Assembly (NCBI GenBank): GCA_964490075.1
Contig: CAZBBK010000054.1
Coordinates: forward strand, 1-40,845
DNA from: an uncultured Gemmatimonadota bacterium
Lineage (GTDB): Bacteria > GCA-2686955
Reading direction: 5' to 3'
DNA: 40,845 bases
The translations under genes were made by a program, and so were the position numbers. The notes under the pieces are model-generated. The model saw nothing but the letters and a program-made list of their open reading frames with translations. It did no database searches and was not told the origin of the DNA. Each line of letters starts with the position of its first letter. The stretch's first letter is position 1. Of the stretch, positions 39,685 through 40,845 are shown in pieces.

Positions 39685-39885
39685 ACCGGTCACAACTCGC
39701 AGCTCCTCACGCCGAGCCGCCACTTGTGACCGAAATCCGGTCGCAACTGCAGACTCCACATTCAGAGGTGCGACTTGCGGCCGGAATCCGGCCCTAACTC
39801 TCAACTCCATATCCAGAGTCGCGACTCGTGACCGAAATCCGGCCGCAACTCCGCACTCCGCGGTCGAAACGCCGAGTTGTGACCG
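39685..39885. repeat. Array of four 51-bp imperfect palindromic units upstream of RAYT copy 2
   Basis: Unit anchors at 39689, 39740, 39791 and 39842; junction consensus TTGTGACCG-AAAT-CCGGTCGCAA. Confidence 0.88.
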
Positions 39886-39953
39886 CACCGGGGCCGCCCC
39901 GCGCGCACCCACCGCCCGGCGCGCCCCACCGATCGCGCTACCATCCCCAGACC

Positions 39954-40304
39954 ATGGCCCGACCCGTCTACTCCACCGAGCACGGCCGGCTCTGTCCGCG
40001 CTGCGGGCGACCGGCGAAGCAGTGCGGCTGCTCTTCGAGACGCGCCGCCGCCACGCCCCCGAACGACGGCGTGGTGCGCGTGGGGCGCGAGACCAAGGGG
40101 CGCAAGGGCAAGGGGGTGACGGTGGTCACCGGCGTGCCTCTGGCCGGGGAGGCGCTCGCGGCGCTGGCCGCTGAGCTCAAACGGCGCTGCGGCAGCGGCG
40201 GCGCGGTGCGCGGCGCGCGGATCGAGATCCAGGGCGATCACCGCGATCGAATCGTCGCCGAGCTGAGCCGCCGCGGCTGGACGGTCAGGCGCTCCGGAGG
40301 TTGA
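39954..40304 (+). CDS. yciH: SUI1/YciH translation factor
   Basis: VYSTE..CPRC..C, DGVVRV.RETKGRKGKGVT, LKRRCGSGG, IEIQGDHR. Confidence 0.93.
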   Translation: MARPVYSTEHGRLCPRCGRPAKQCGCSSRRAAATPPNDGVVRVGRETKGRKGKGVTVVTGVPLAGEALAALAAELKRRCGSGGAVRGARIEIQGDHRDRIVAELSRRGWTVRRSGG

Positions 40305-40359
40305 CGGGCGTTTCGATTTAGCGCGCCTCTACGCAAGGATCGGCCGGTACGGGACAGAA

Positions 40360-40421
40360 CCTGCCCACGCCCCTGCCCGACTCCTTTGCCCGAATCGGGC
40401 ATGGGCATGGGCATGGGCACG
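40360..40421. repeat. Hexamer repeats with inverted arms: GCCC-containing units facing (GGGCAT)x3 GGGCAC
   Basis: Seen directly in the intergenic region after yciH. Confidence 0.6.
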
Positions 40422-40635
40422 CGAAGAGGCGCCGTCGAGACCGCCCCCAAGCCGCGCAGGAGTCCCGAAGGCCCGCGAACTCCCGTTGGGCCCGCGGTTC
40501 TTCGCGAAGTGCGTCGCTCGAGAAGCGCCATATCGAAACGCCAGAAAGGGGAAGCCCCCCTTGACGTCCCCCGAACACCCGTTCACGCTGAAAACGCTCC
40601 CAAGAAATAGCTTGCGACTACCCAAGGAGGGCCCC

Positions 40636-40845
40636 ATGATCGCTCGTCGCTCGTCGCTCGTCGCTCGTCGCTCGTCGCGCTAACCATTGCTCTGTCAATG
40701 GCTTCAGCGCTGGCCGGCACCTTCCATGTCTGCAAGGACTGTCAGACCTGTGCGCACGGCTCCGACCCTTGCTTCACCGATGTGCAAGCGGCCCTGGACG
40801 CCGCCCCCTACGACCCCAACGGCGTGGAGATCATCATCCACGAAG
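40636..40845 (+). CDS. 5' part of a secreted protein (probably beta-helix type), frameshifted by a heptamer tract; runs off the window
   Basis: SD AAGGAGG and ATG 40636. The shifted frame reads ALTIALSMASALAGTFHVCK..FTDVQAALDAA..VEIIIHE. Confidence 0.65.
40640..40674 (+). repeat. Simple sequence repeat (TCGCTCG)x5 just after the start codon
   Basis: Five perfect units. Confidence 0.97.

Noticed and set aside
39685-39885. 51-bp arrays as a CRISPR array or a 17-aa repeat protein
   Set aside because: The junction repeats are degenerate and the cores resemble each other and self-pair. The plus frame has a stop and no credible start was found.
40561-40589. Possible promoter TTGACG-N17-CACGCT
   Set aside because: The -10 element is too weak to call from sequence alone.

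Overview
High-GC bacterial DNA with four blocks. (1) 1-8.1 kb: the end of a CRISPR array (36-bp repeat, type I-G/I-U style), its leader, cas2 and a cas4-cas1 fusion. Divergent from these is an eroded or minimised type III-A (Csm) module: HD-less cas10, an in-frame csm2-csm3 chimera, csm4 and a truncated CARF gene, ending in csb2 rather than a stand-alone cas6. (2) 8.1-12 kb: a GH5 endoglycoceramidase-like gene, a methyltransferase and a RAYT-like HUH transposase flanked by 51-bp-periodic palindrome arrays. (3) 12-29.9 kb: an aminotransferase and an operon encoding IorA fused to a GltD-like module, IorB, hydantoinase A/B, acyl-CoA dehydrogenase, a two-subunit B12 mutase, a class III CoA transferase and a xanthine-dehydrogenase-family Mo enzyme. 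This matches the enzyme set of the anaerobic indoleacetate (iaa) pathway plus a tryptophan entry route. (4) 29.9-40.8 kb: a scarred region of secreted beta-helix and glycoside hydrolase genes with a partial tandem duplication, toxin-antitoxin remnants, a second RAYT with the same array family, and yciH. Two secreted-protein genes here have signal peptides frameshifted by five-copy heptamer tracts (candidate phase variation). All family calls come from motifs recognised by eye; no searches were run.
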